In this document: positions 24,401 to 37,200 of the stretch, in pieces | Numbering within the stretch: the first letter of the stretch is position 1 | Layout of the letters: every line of letters begins with the position of its first letter | Made by a program: the position numbers and the translations under genes | NCBI GenBank assembly: GCA_030141605.1 | Contig: JAQGDQ010000055.1 | Coordinates: 124,001 to 188,000, forward strand | DNA: 64,000 bases | Reading direction: 5' to 3' | Source of the DNA: Tubiluchus corallicola | Taxonomy: Eukaryota; Animalia; Priapulida | Notes under the pieces: model-generated | What the model saw: only the letters and a program-made list of their open reading frames with translations | Databases searched by the model: none | What the model was told of the DNA's origin: nothing

Positions 24401-27400
24401 GTTAATTAGCAAAAGGTTAGTTAATTAGCTGATTAATTTTTAAAAGCCTATATTTTTGAAGTTATTTGTGACTAGTGTTTCTAATTCATTATATGTGATC
24501 TACAAATGTATACCTATCAATTATCTGAGCAGCTTTTGTCACATTATTGGCTTTAATGAGTGAAAGTTTATCAATGCGCAATTGATTTTCAAAAGACTAA
24601 AATTTTGAAGCTATTCAGTTCTAATTCAGTGTACAACTTCTGTATTAATTTTTGCCTGAGTGATTGCAGACATATGAGAGAAAAACTAATTGTGTGGACA
24701 CTGGATGATGAATGTAAGATTCCGGAATGACATCTACTGTGACTGTATTTTTATTTTTGTGTTATCAGCTTTTACATTTATAACTCATCTCCATACATTA
24801 CATTATTTCTTATGAGAGGCGTGGCTTCATTTAAGAAGAGTTTGCTTAATAGTTCTTTTGCAGTAGGTGTATTAGCCACCGACCAAGCCAGGATTTACTG
24901 TGGTAGTTGTCAGAATCAAAGACTGGAGACATTGAGTTCATTTTAATGGAATAATGGCCAGATAGAGTAGAATAGCATAGAGTCCAGCAAGACCAAATAC
25001 TAGACGATAAATCGGACACTGTCTTGGTATAGAAATCATTATGTTTTATTCCTATGTTGCCACATTCCCACAACAGATGGCGTAGTTGTCAATGTTTTTT
25101 TGTAGCACAAAACGTTGTACCTATGCAGATGAATGCTTGTACCAACAGTGGTAAGCAGCAGTGCTGGCACTCCCACATATAAAGGAAGCCGCTTGTTAAC
25201 AATTATGCCAGTTAGCTGACATAACCTCCCAGTTAGTCTCCCACGACATATTCCATTATATGATGCATAATTATTGACGAAGACGCTGCATTGATATGCT
25301 TCTAGTATCATGAGCATATTGATTTCTGATCGTCTTTCGTGTAACCGATTAGATGTTAGCTTTACTTGGCCAGTGTAGAATCAGCTTAAGCAATACGCTC
25401 CCTTGCTAATTGTCTTAAGAAGTAGGACACTATTGGATAATATAGTCCCTTCGTTTGAAGCATTTTGTTTTTTGCCGTCTGTTAAAAGCACGAAATAATT
25501 CACTGAAATGGTACTGTTTTTCTGTCTCTTTTATAGTCGGTAATCTGCTTAGATATGTTGCTTTTAATGTGAAACTATAAGACAGGTGCTGCCCTCTCTG
25601 TATGCAGTGATTAGAGCATCACTATGAAAGGTGCTGATTCCATGGCTAGCTTTAGTGGATTTGTGTTAAGATTGTCACTATTTGATAAGCGCACATTCTT
25701 AACCCTTGCTTACTTTTCACGAATACATTAATGAGAAAATTGATTTCTTTGTATTAATTGAAGAAGAAATACTTTTCGCTGTTTTAAGCCTATAAACTCT
25801 ATAAATTTACGTTTGCAACCGTATAAAACAGTAAACATGATAAATGTTATTAGACATATAATCCCAATGGCAAATAGCAGTAATGCGCAAAAATTCCACA
25901 CAATGCCTTCGTAGCAAAATTTAATGATGTAAGAGAATGAAGACATCTTGGTTATTTCTTTATGATCCCAACACTGGAAGGTGAGGATTAAGCAACTAAA
26001 ATTTCTTCCATTTTTTAGTTCGTGCGTAAGATGTGATAATGTAGTTTTTAAATTTAATTACCAGCTAAAAGCCTGTAAATGTGCGAAAGATGCGGTTTAG
26101 TGCAAAAATGTCAAGATTGCATTTATGAGAATTTTGTGGATTAATTTAATGCTTAAACATATTATTAGCTGGAAAAATATAAGTTGGAACCTGTTACTAT
26201 TTTGTGTAGTAGCATGCCATGAGAATGCTACACAAACATTCTTGAGATACAATTAAATTCCATTGCTAGCGGCGTTACATTTCCATCGTTTCTCGTTCTC
26301 ATGAGTCTTCTTCAGGTCTGCTTCTCTGTGGAAGTCACTGATTGCTAGAGCATCGTTTTTTCTCGTTTGCAGTAGTAAATGTTGTGTGTATTTATTTATT
26401 TCGTCTTTATGCATGTGCAATGGGTGGATGAACGTTTCAGTTTCTGAAATATTACAAATTTAGCAATAACTAATCAATAAAAGTCGCAGGTGCATTTAAC
26501 TTTGTAATTTATATTCCTCCTTCAAGGTTCACCTGCTGATTACATAATTCACTGACAATTGATCCACGCTTCATTACCAAATGCAGATTTATTGTGCTGG
26601 CTAGCTAATAATACAATAACATCTCACAATAGCATAACTAGCTGGCTACATTTGGTTAATTCCTTGCAAAGTACTTAATTAGTGCTTGTGTTGATTGCGT
26701 GACTAAATTACGCCTCAGTAGCTGAACTGCATACATAATGTCCCATGCAAGTATGCATGAGAACAGTTTATATGCTGAAAATTACAGTCATTCTCAATCT
26801 AGTAATATACGTATTGGCATAATATGTATTTTAACACAAGTTTTTTTCAAATATTTTGTTATATAATACGTTTTTGAACCTGTGATGTTTAATAAATTAA
26901 AGCTTTTAAGCCACCACATTTTTCAATCAATGAAATTTTTTTGGAATAAAAGTCAGTGAATTCACTTGTTACTGGTTACATGAAAATTACAAATGTTGAT
27001 TCCACTGAAACAAGCATGAGTCACACGTGTGATTTTAGTGAGTTCATTTGCAGTTGTGTTAGACTAGTGTCTTTCGTATGCAGAGTATTTGCAGTTACAC
27101 TTCTGCGGACTAAAACAGCTTGTGAAGAGTAGTTTGAAGATTGTTGAAACCCTTTCTACTCCTTGGCTATAATCGAGTTATCTATTCTTGGCTTCATTTC
27201 ATACTGAATGGTCTTACAGTTGGTGTAATAACAAGCGCCAAGTGAGATTCTTATCAGCTGTTCTGGAATTAGCCTATTAATTTTGATGAAGTGACAATGA
27301 TACTCACTTTAAAGTTAATTAATCTTTTATTTTAAAAGCTCACACTTCCCATGGCAGTTTTAAGACATGTAGCAGCTAGTGGTGAGCAGTCTGCACCAGA

Positions 27401-29828
27401 AAGTGAATTTGAATCGAATCGAATTTGTGACTTTTAAATTTGAATCGAATTCGGATTGAGTTTGAAAGATTTTCAAACAAGTTTTCGAGCCACTAGTAAA
27501 AAGTGGCCTTACAAAGATCATGCATAGTACTTGATTTAGTTCTGCAGTAAAACCACTATAGTTTATTAAAAATTTTGCACAGAAACTGCAGCTAAATTGT
27601 GCTAATTGCATTCCGTTTCAAACATTTTAATGATAAAGAACTTATGTGGCTGAAGTGTTGAATTACTCGAATCTGTAAATTTAGGTTCGAATCGAATTTG
27701 AACGTTCGATGCTCACCCCTAGTAGCAGCCCAGTTCAGTGTTAGAGATGTTCTACTTCTCTCATAATGGCACTTCTTCACTTCTTGTCATAAATGAGTTT
27801 AAAGTCAACAAAATCATTTTGTCAATTTCTGTTCTTCAACTTTTATTGAAAGCAAAAACTGGCAAAATAATACTGAAAATTCACCAATAAATACATATGA
27901 ATCTTCAAAATAAAACGTAAGTTCGATTTGGTGGATTCTTGAACATAACATTAAAAAAAGCAAAATTTGCACAACTTGCTAAGATTAGCCAGTGGAGTAT
28001 TTAAAATGTTAGGCAAGATATTTATTGTAGAATTTCGTCAAACATTTAACAAAGCATGAAATATAGTTAACAACACACCTACTATATCATACTAATCATA
28101 AGCCACTTAAATGCCATGTATGAGAGCTTCACTGGCTAGAGATGATGAAAAGGTATTTCTGAGATTTTTAATACAACGATTTTCTATAATTATGGTAGTT
28201 TTTCTTTGTTATTTGTGCCTACCTTTTAGCCAGGTAAAATTGCACTTGCTAACACAAACACAGACACTTCGCAGTTTTGTTGAATGAATACATGTACAGC
28301 TTACGTTAATTTTGACTTTATGATTTCCCACTTAAGTGCTAGATCATTTTCACTTCAGTATACTTAATTTTTGTTTTTATGACACATTTTTTTACAAAAA
28401 TAATTTTTTCAATGCAGTTTGAAATAAATTTTGTTTGTTTGTTACTTTTTCTTACTGTCTCACTTCCTTCGATCAGCACGTTGGAGATTTTAGTAGCGCC
28501 GAATACTTCCTTTATTTTGCCAATGCCTCTCCTTTCTTTGCTCTTCATTTGTGCATCATATCTTGTTTTTACCATTTGAACTTTTATTTTGTAGATCGTA
28601 ATTTTTAGCGGTAGTAGTTGCCGTTTTTGAAAGTTCCTGGCTTTTACATTTTACAAGTCTTAATTTTACATACAGTACGCAAAAATTTCTCTGATATCGC
28701 AAGGTTTTGCACAGCACTCGTCGTATGCTCCACGGGTCACGCGCACCATCCCTGTACTCCGTCCTACCCTAAGAAAACTAAGCGCTGAGGGTCGATCTAG
28801 GAACGGTACCATGTTGTTCTGGTCGAACGCGTCAGTATCTTCGCCCCCTGGTTGATACCAGTCGTACGTGTCCCTGCTTTGAACATCATACACGTTTTTG
28901 CTACCTCCGTCATCTGCCAGGGAACGCTTGCCCTGATTGTTGAACTTCCCCCTGCAGACGAAACTGAACATTTGTGGTAACTTCTGACCGCACAACCGTG
29001 ACCGCGACGCGTGCACCTCGGCGATGACGACGATCATCATCAACAGCACACAACAACAGCCTGATTTTTGGCCACTCATATTTGGTCAGCCAAGTGATGA
29101 AATTTGTAGGTATTTGGCGGTACACGCGTCAGCGATGTGTGCCCAGAGGTTTGCTTGCTGCACACTTTTATGCAAGCTTTGTAAGTTTGTCAGATAGCAG
29201 CAGGAATTGAGCGCTACCACGCACAGAGGTAGTCATACTCATTGATTGATACATGTGTCGTAATGAAACTGAATACCAACAAGTACTAATTGCTTTGTCT
29301 AATATCCGCCCAATGTTCTTTGTCGGTAGCGCATCTGAATACGTCATTCCCTAAACTCAGCTATTTGCTTGGTTTGGCTTCTACGCATCATACATGCGTA
29401 ATCTATGTCTATGACAGGATGAAACCCTCGTGATTTGCTGGATTGCAAAGAATTGGAACTAGATTGGATTTTGTATTCAATGTTTTTTGTAATTCTAAAT
29501 TGCATATGATTTTTGGTGGTTTCTAGTAATTGCCTTGTTGTTCATCAGGGATCTTTCAAGCACAGTTATTTTTTTCAAGCTTCTTCCTTTTTTCATTTGA
29601 TATTTATTCAATGTCCATTTGTCTTACATTATTAAACTTTTTTGCAAGACTTTGGTCATTGTTACATCTCTCTTGTCATCATTTGCCCTTGTTTTTTATT
29701 TCGTTTCATCTTATCCTACCTTCTCTGTCTTCTCTTCACTTTTTTGTGTTTCTCTGTCTGTTCTTTCTCCTTTCCTTCTCTCCCTCCTGTCTCTCTCTCT
29801 ACTTCACTCCCTTCCTCCTCTCCCTTGC

Positions 29829-29883
<55 letters not shown>

Positions 29884-30070
29884 CTCTCTCTGTCTCTTTC
29901 TCTCTTTCTTTCTCACCCTCACTTTCTCTCACCCTCTCTTTTTCACCTTCACTCTCTCTCACCCTCTCTTTCTCACCCTCACTCTCTCATCCCTCTTTCT
30001 CACCCTCACTCTCTCTCTCTCTCTCTCACTCTGTCTCTCTTTCTTTCTCCCCCCTCTCTCTCTCTCTCTT

Positions 30071-30112
<42 letters not shown>

Positions 30113-31257
30113 CTCTCTCCTTTCTCTTTCTCTCTCTCTCTCTCGCAAATAAAAATTTTATACAAAACCTTTTTCGAAGGAAGCCACTTGCAAAGTAGAA
30201 ATTTTGACCAGGAATGGTTTTACAATGTGGAACGTGAAGTACAGAGTTTTCATATGAATGAAGTGACAGATAATGCTTTTAATCAACCATTTACTATGGC
30301 AGATGTAAAATTGGCTATTAAAAGATGAGAACTGTGTAATAAGGCTCTAGATAATGACGGTTGTCATCCTGCTTGTGCTAAAACATATGGGATTTTGGGC
30401 TAAAAGTCTGGTGATCAGTTTAGCAAATTTGTGCCTAGAATTGGGTGTATGGCCATGGCAAAAAACAAAAATTTCCTTTATTTGCAAATTCAAAAAGTAA
30501 TTTGAGAAATGTAGCATTAAGTGATTTTTCTTTTGAATATCTTACTGACAGCAAATTAGAAATAGAAAAATTTGTCAAAACTGTGTGGAAGAAAAAGACT
30601 CAATATTCAGAATAGATTGATGGTACGTCTGCAGATGTCATTTCACCTGAATTATCACCTCTAAACTTAGGGTTAAATAATCATGAACGTGATGCAGAAA
30701 TGACTGCACTTAATTTGTTGTTAAAAAGAGGCACACGCAGCCGACACGCTCTTTTCTGTATGTAGTTGGTGAAAGCAATACTGATTGTTGTAGTTGCGAT
30801 AATATATCTGTTCAAAAACCAGAACATCTAATTTACGTTAGTAAATGAAATAGATAGAAGGAATCTCATAATAATATTGCCAGCTATGGATTTGGGAACA
30901 ATCTTTACTGTAAGAGATAGGGGCACCAGCGACTTGTTTGGAAAAGTTGTACGAAATATTGTAAATACACAGATTTTGTCAAATTATCTCGTTTGTGGAT
31001 TTAAATTTTTTTTTATATTATGAATATAAAATACTTAATTTCGTTTTAATACTAGTGTTGTCATGTATGATCTTTAACAACTTTGTTTATCTGTCAGCTC
31101 ACATGTAAGAAATATCATATTATGTATATTTGTACATTAACTAGAACTGCTTTGAACTCTTGTCTTGTTATGATAACTTGCTTTGAAAATTATGTACATT
31201 TAATGTAAAATGTTATGTACTGCCTGCAAAATGAGGTATTTTTTTAAATAAAAGAGT

Positions 31258-31293
<36 letters not shown>

Positions 31294-34200
31294 CTCTCTC
31301 TTGTCTCCCCCCTGTCTCTTTCATGCCTTCCGTCTCTCATTCTCTCTGGAAACTTTAAACAGTCAACTCACTCTCCCGCCTACTCTCAGGCAATAACCTT
31401 TGATGATAGCTTAAGCACTTATAAGGTGTCTTGGTGCGGATTGTGCAACATTAACTAAGCTCATGAATCATACTGTTAATTACTCAGCTTGTAGCTACTA
31501 ACTACTACAATTTTCAGCAGTCCTATTATTATTTATAAGTAGGTTTTCAGTTATATAAAATAAAAATATTTTGCTCTGTCTATATGTACATATATACCAA
31601 GATGCTGTTGACGACCGTTATTGTTCATTTGAATTTGAGATAAAACCTAATAGTTAAACATGAAAGCAAAGCAACTATACAATGTGGAGATAGTCTGAGA
31701 TATTTTAAAGTGAAATGATGAGTCGATTGATGGCTTTTCATTTCTGTCCAGGCTTTTGATCTTTGGCATTATCTGGGTCTTAATTTAGTGCATTACAATG
31801 TTTTTACACACATTATATCCAAGATTTTGCATTTTCGCAGAGACCTCTTGACCACTTCCATCTCAGGTCTTAGATTTTTCCTGCATTAGTTTAATGTACT
31901 TGATACCAGGATGGTCAAAATTACAGCTTTGCTCAGTCCAAATAGCAGTAGGAATGACCTTGGCGTAAGGCCTAGGCCTGAGATCTTGACTTTTTCAATA
32001 AACTTGACTTTTTGTTCACAGCTATGTGAAATTTTAGATTAAATTCAATGCTAAAAAAGCAACCCTAACAATGATGATAATGACAACAATAATGACAACA
32101 GTTTGTGGCAACAATGATGAATAAGTTTTTATGATTTGCTATCATAATGGTGCTTTAAAAGGATGGCTTTGCTTTTTAGACAAATATGGTAATTTATAAA
32201 TAGTAAAATAGTAAACAACAAATAAGTAAATAAGTGTGTTGAAGTGAAGACTTCATTTAAACTTGCATATTCTCTGGAAGTTTTTTTGGACATTGAATAC
32301 TGATATCTTAAATTGTATCGTATTATACAGTCAGTTTATTGCTAAACGAATTTTTTGAAATTTTGGCAATTTACATTTTGAATCTTTTGAAAATCTGTCA
32401 AACATTTTTTCTTTCAGTTGTAAAGATCATGTTGTTGGTCGACAGTGTGACACTTGTGAGATAGGATTCTATGCTTACCCACACTGTGTTGAATGCTCGT
32501 GTAACTTGCAGGGCGTAACAGAGGAAATATGTGAGCAGGGAGATGGATCCTGTATATGTAAGGTGAGGACAAACAATGAATTTTTTGTTTTGAACTGAGT
32601 TTTAGTGCAAGGTCAGTGCTATATATAGTCGAGCAGCCGGTAACTTAGGTTCTAACCTATCTAGGTTGGTGACTAACTTAAAATAATGTTTTTTTTAATT
32701 TCCAGTTCGTTACTTTTAGCGTAATAATATGTCGAGCAGCAGGAGACTTGATTTCTATCTAGGTTGGTGACTAACTTAAAATAATGTTTTTTTTAATTTC
32801 CAGTTCGTTACTTTTAGCGTAATAATATGTCGAGCAGCAGGAGACTTGATTTCTATCTAGGTTGGTGACTAACTTAAAATAATGTTTTTTTTAATTTCCA
32901 GTTCGTTACTTTTAGCGTAATAATATGTCGAGCAGCAGGAGACTTGATTTCTATCTAGGTTGGTGACTAACTTAAAATAATGTTTTTTTTAATTTCCAGT
33001 TTGTTACTTTTAACGTAATAATATGTCGAGCAGCAGGTGACTTGATTTCTATCTAGCTGAATTAATGTGCTAAATAATGCACTTAATCTGTGATGGTGTA
33101 AGTGGGATGTGCGCTGTTGATCTGGTGAACATCCTGTTTTATCCCTAATAAAAATTTCGTAGAAGCTGACAATGTCACCCTTCTAAATTTGTATGGGTGA
33201 GAGCAAACAACAATGAAAAACTACGAAAATTATAACATTAGATAATAAGTTTTTAATGTAAATCGTTTAGAAAATACCTTCACTTCGTATATTTTATACG
33301 TAGATTATTTTGTACTATGGTTGAAAATTGGATACAGTTTTTGTTTAAACCAGCCCAGCTTTGCTGTTACATTCTACCACTGTAGTTCGTGTACTCAAAT
33401 GAATTTCTCTTGTTGCTAATTACACTGTCTAGCTAACTTTTTGATTACACCGGCTTGTGTAGAATTCCTGCGAAGCTTTTCTATGTGCCTTGATCAAGCT
33501 AATTTGTTTTTTATGGACCATTGTATCCTAAAAGCCGCTTGAGACTCGTTCATTCATTCAGACTAGTGTAAGAACAGCTATGTCAATACGACAATGCTGC
33601 AGCAGTGCTACATGCAAATAGCGCCTTTGTAAACACCATACCTTTGTGTTGACAAGTTGACAAAATATCAGGAAATGAATATCAAGTGATGCAGAAACAG
33701 ATTTCCTGTTACCTAGTGATACGGTTTCATACGGTTAATGTTGTGCAGTAGTATGTAGTCTCATTACTTCTTCGGGTGGTCTGTATTATGCTGAGTTTAT
33801 TTATAATTATAGCCACTCGTATGTGCCTTTTCATGGTGTATCATGCACAGGAATTGCCCTACTCATTATTTGCATATGGCAAAATTGACAGTTAATGTTC
33901 TAGCAAAAGCATAGTAATTGAAACCGAAATTAATATTGCAGCATTAAAGATAAAATAGGTTCTATATAAAATAGCAAATTCAGTTAACTCAATTTAAATG
34001 AGCAATATTAATTTGTGGCTTCATGTACCCCTGATGCCCAGTTTCACATGAAGCCAAGGACAACATTTGCATGAATTTCAAACGAGCTAATAAAATTTAC
34101 TTTCCAAACAAGACGAGGTCTCCGGACTTATTATTCTGAAACATAGTTAAGATCATAATGTTTGGCAGAGAAAATAACATCATAACCTGGCTTTCAAAGT

Positions 34201-37200
34201 GTTGATAACTAAATATAAAAAAAATCATTAGTATACATTACAAGTTTGCCACATTTCTATAACATATTATTATCTGTAAGAGTTATTCTTGTAGTTTTGT
34301 TGTATAGTGATTGTAAATTAGTAATAATCATCAGAAATGATTTTGTGAAGTTCATATACAATATGCTTTGATCCTATTGAATCATAATGCTAAAACAAAA
34401 TATTATTTAACATTTCTGTGTTTTTAATAGTAAAAACGTCATATCTTCTACAAAATAAAGTTTTTGCTATAATGAGTAATGGGCGTGAAGCAAACATTTA
34501 CAGTTAGTACTTACAAACTATGAAAAAGTCATACGTGTCTAATTGGCTGGATTTTCTTAGAGTTGCTCGTATTTTTAGACAGGCATACTGTTGCAATAGT
34601 TGCGAGGAGCTAATTTAGTGTCAAATGATTGCAATATTACATGTTAAGTAATGTGTTATTCTTTTCTTAAAGTTTTGCTGAGGTTAGCAACATTGTTGTT
34701 AGCTTGCTTCTGTTAAAGTTTTGCATATTTGTTTTATTAAGGAAAACGTGGAGGGTGAACGGTGTGATGCTTGCACTGCTGGCTCTTATAATCTCGAGGA
34801 AGACAACTTCAAAGGCTGCACCAGCTGCTTCTGTTTTGGAATAACAAAGTCCTGTTCCAGTTCTGATTGGGCTTTGGTCGAGGTAATTACCTGCTGCAAA
34901 GTCTGTGCGTTTAGCTATATATCTTATGCATTTTAAACCATCACTAGCTGAGTCCATCCACACTGTGGGTGTTATTTTGAATGCCACCGTGTGGTGTGTC
35001 ATATTCGGATAGAGTTGGAATGTTGATATTTGAACTTGAGACCCCCTAAAATTTCTGAAAAAACCTTTGATGACTATATCCAGTGGAATATCCTATAAAG
35101 TTGATATTTTGGGTGCAATTTTGACCACCATATTAAAGGGGACAGTCCAAGTGGTGAAGTCAACATTCGAAACCGGGAACACCTCTAAACACGACATTTT
35201 GGCACTATATATATATATATATATATATATATGGTAGAGTGTCCTAAAAATGCTATTTGAGTGCCATGTTTGCTGGGATGACCTACATTGATAGTAGCTT
35301 AAACACTTCTGGTACACTGCATTTGGGGGGTCTGCTGCTGGGGACTATTTTGATGTGTATAAATCAAACAGAAACACAGAGCCATTCATCTTTGTGCATT
35401 TACGAATACTAGACAACTTATTTCTTTGCCTGAAATTTTGTAAGTTATATGTTAGCCAACAAAGTGGTCGAAAGTGGTATTTTATTTTTGCATCCTTTGC
35501 AAATCTTATTTTATTTTTGCAAATCTTATAATTTTATTTTTTTGCTTCATTTATATCTGTGTAGAGAGACACTATTTTTGTACAAGTAGTATGCTCATTG
35601 CTATAGAATATGCTCAGGTAACATTTTTTCACAAACTAATTTCATTTCTAAAGGCAGCAGCACTATATATGCATGCTTCAAAGTTATTTCAATCTTTTAA
35701 GTTTAAAGTTTATTAAAACTCTTGTAACCTGAAGGGTAAATTACATTGCATTAATTAAGATAAACTGAGGTTTAACAATTAAATTACACTTAAAAGATAA
35801 TAATTTATGTTAAAAATAATTTTATTAAAACTCATTATTATAATATCTCGTGTCACAGTGTACACTTGTAGTAATGAACTTACTGATAATTAAAAAGTGC
35901 ATATGGTATAAAACTACTTTTAAAACATTCAGTACGGCAAAGAGGTAAAGGGTGCATCAGTTGTTTATGAAGATTGTGCTTAAGGGGGTTGAGTTTAGGT
36001 AATAAATAACGGAGTCTACTGTCTTGGTTTTGAATTGATTTAAAAAATTTCTTACAAAATTCATTTCTACATACAGATAAATTTTCAATTTTTGATAGCT
36101 GCAAAGCATCTACGTAAGGTGTGCAGGGGAAAATTAACTTCAAAATACGTTTTTGAATTGACTCTAGTAACTTTGTCTGTTCTAATGTTAAAGAAGTATG
36201 CCATGCAGGACAAATGTACTCCAATATTGGTCTTATTAAAGTACAATAAATAGCATTCATGTCTTTCTGAGAAATACCTGCTCTCGTTAAGTTTTATTAA
36301 GTAAATACGTTTGCAGGCTTTTTTGTGTACCTCTTCAAATCTTATAGTGTCAAACACAATCTTTTTTCAGATAATAGACATGGAAGGTTGGAATGTGACC
36401 AATCTTGTTGACCCTAGAGTAGATAACTATGGTGAAATGATTAGGGTACTCGTGTTGAATGCAGGTATTGATGTTCCCGAGGAAGCGTCATACTGGGTTG
36501 CTCCGGAAAGCTACCTTGGCAACAAGGTATTAAATGTTGCCTTACCGTATCTTTTATAGCATATAAATAAAAAAATAATTTAGTGTTGATGTTGTGTAGA
36601 TTTACTGTTCATCAAGCAAATATGCTAATGTTAACTGTTGAGTGAGTTTTGCATTAATTTGGAAATTTCTTGCTTTGGCTAGCTGAATATTCTGACCAAT
36701 GCGCGTTTATCAGCCGAGCAGCAGTGCACAGTTTTGTCCATTTTGTATTCTTGCCCCCAAGGAACATTACTTGTAAGATTATGGAAATGGCATGTATCTA
36801 ATAACGTCTAGCATCTTGTTGTCAACACATGAAACTAATGAACAAGTTAATTAAACGTTCTGTGCTTACCACGAATTTTACGTTCAAGTTATCATAAGCT
36901 AATATGCTCATGTATACTTAATTGCCTTGTTGTACTTGAAAATCAGTACCTAAACCATTGCGTTTTTTAAAACTTTTGAAAATACTTTGCTTGATTTTGC
37001 CGTTTTTTAATGTTTTTGTCATATTATTGCTTAGCATAGCAGGCCAAAAGTAGGAGTTTTTGGGTTCGAATCCCAGTCGCAGTGCAGAATTTTTGAAACT
37101 TGCTAATTTAGTATTGCTTGTTTCACGTTTATTGGATCGCTAATCATTGATACCTGCATGAATAGTAGAAAATTTAACACCTTGAACTCTTTTCTACATT

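Noticed and set aside
24846-25946. Possible second ILP or other nested gene
   Set aside because: No insulin cysteine pattern or convincing exon structure seen by eye; a profile search is needed to exclude it
28339-29125. ORFs 28339-28575, 28379-28579 and 28910-29125 near the ILP
   Set aside because: No recognisable motifs; they lie in the presumed 3' UTR or in an alternative frame of the ILP
29530-30198. 177-228 aa Leu/Ser-rich and Glu/Arg-rich ORFs
   Set aside because: Translations of the CT microsatellite; only the tail beyond about 30160 looks LINE-derived
37030-37090. tRNA gene (GGTTCGAATCCC B box)
   Set aside because: No cloverleaf or clear A box; at most a SINE relic
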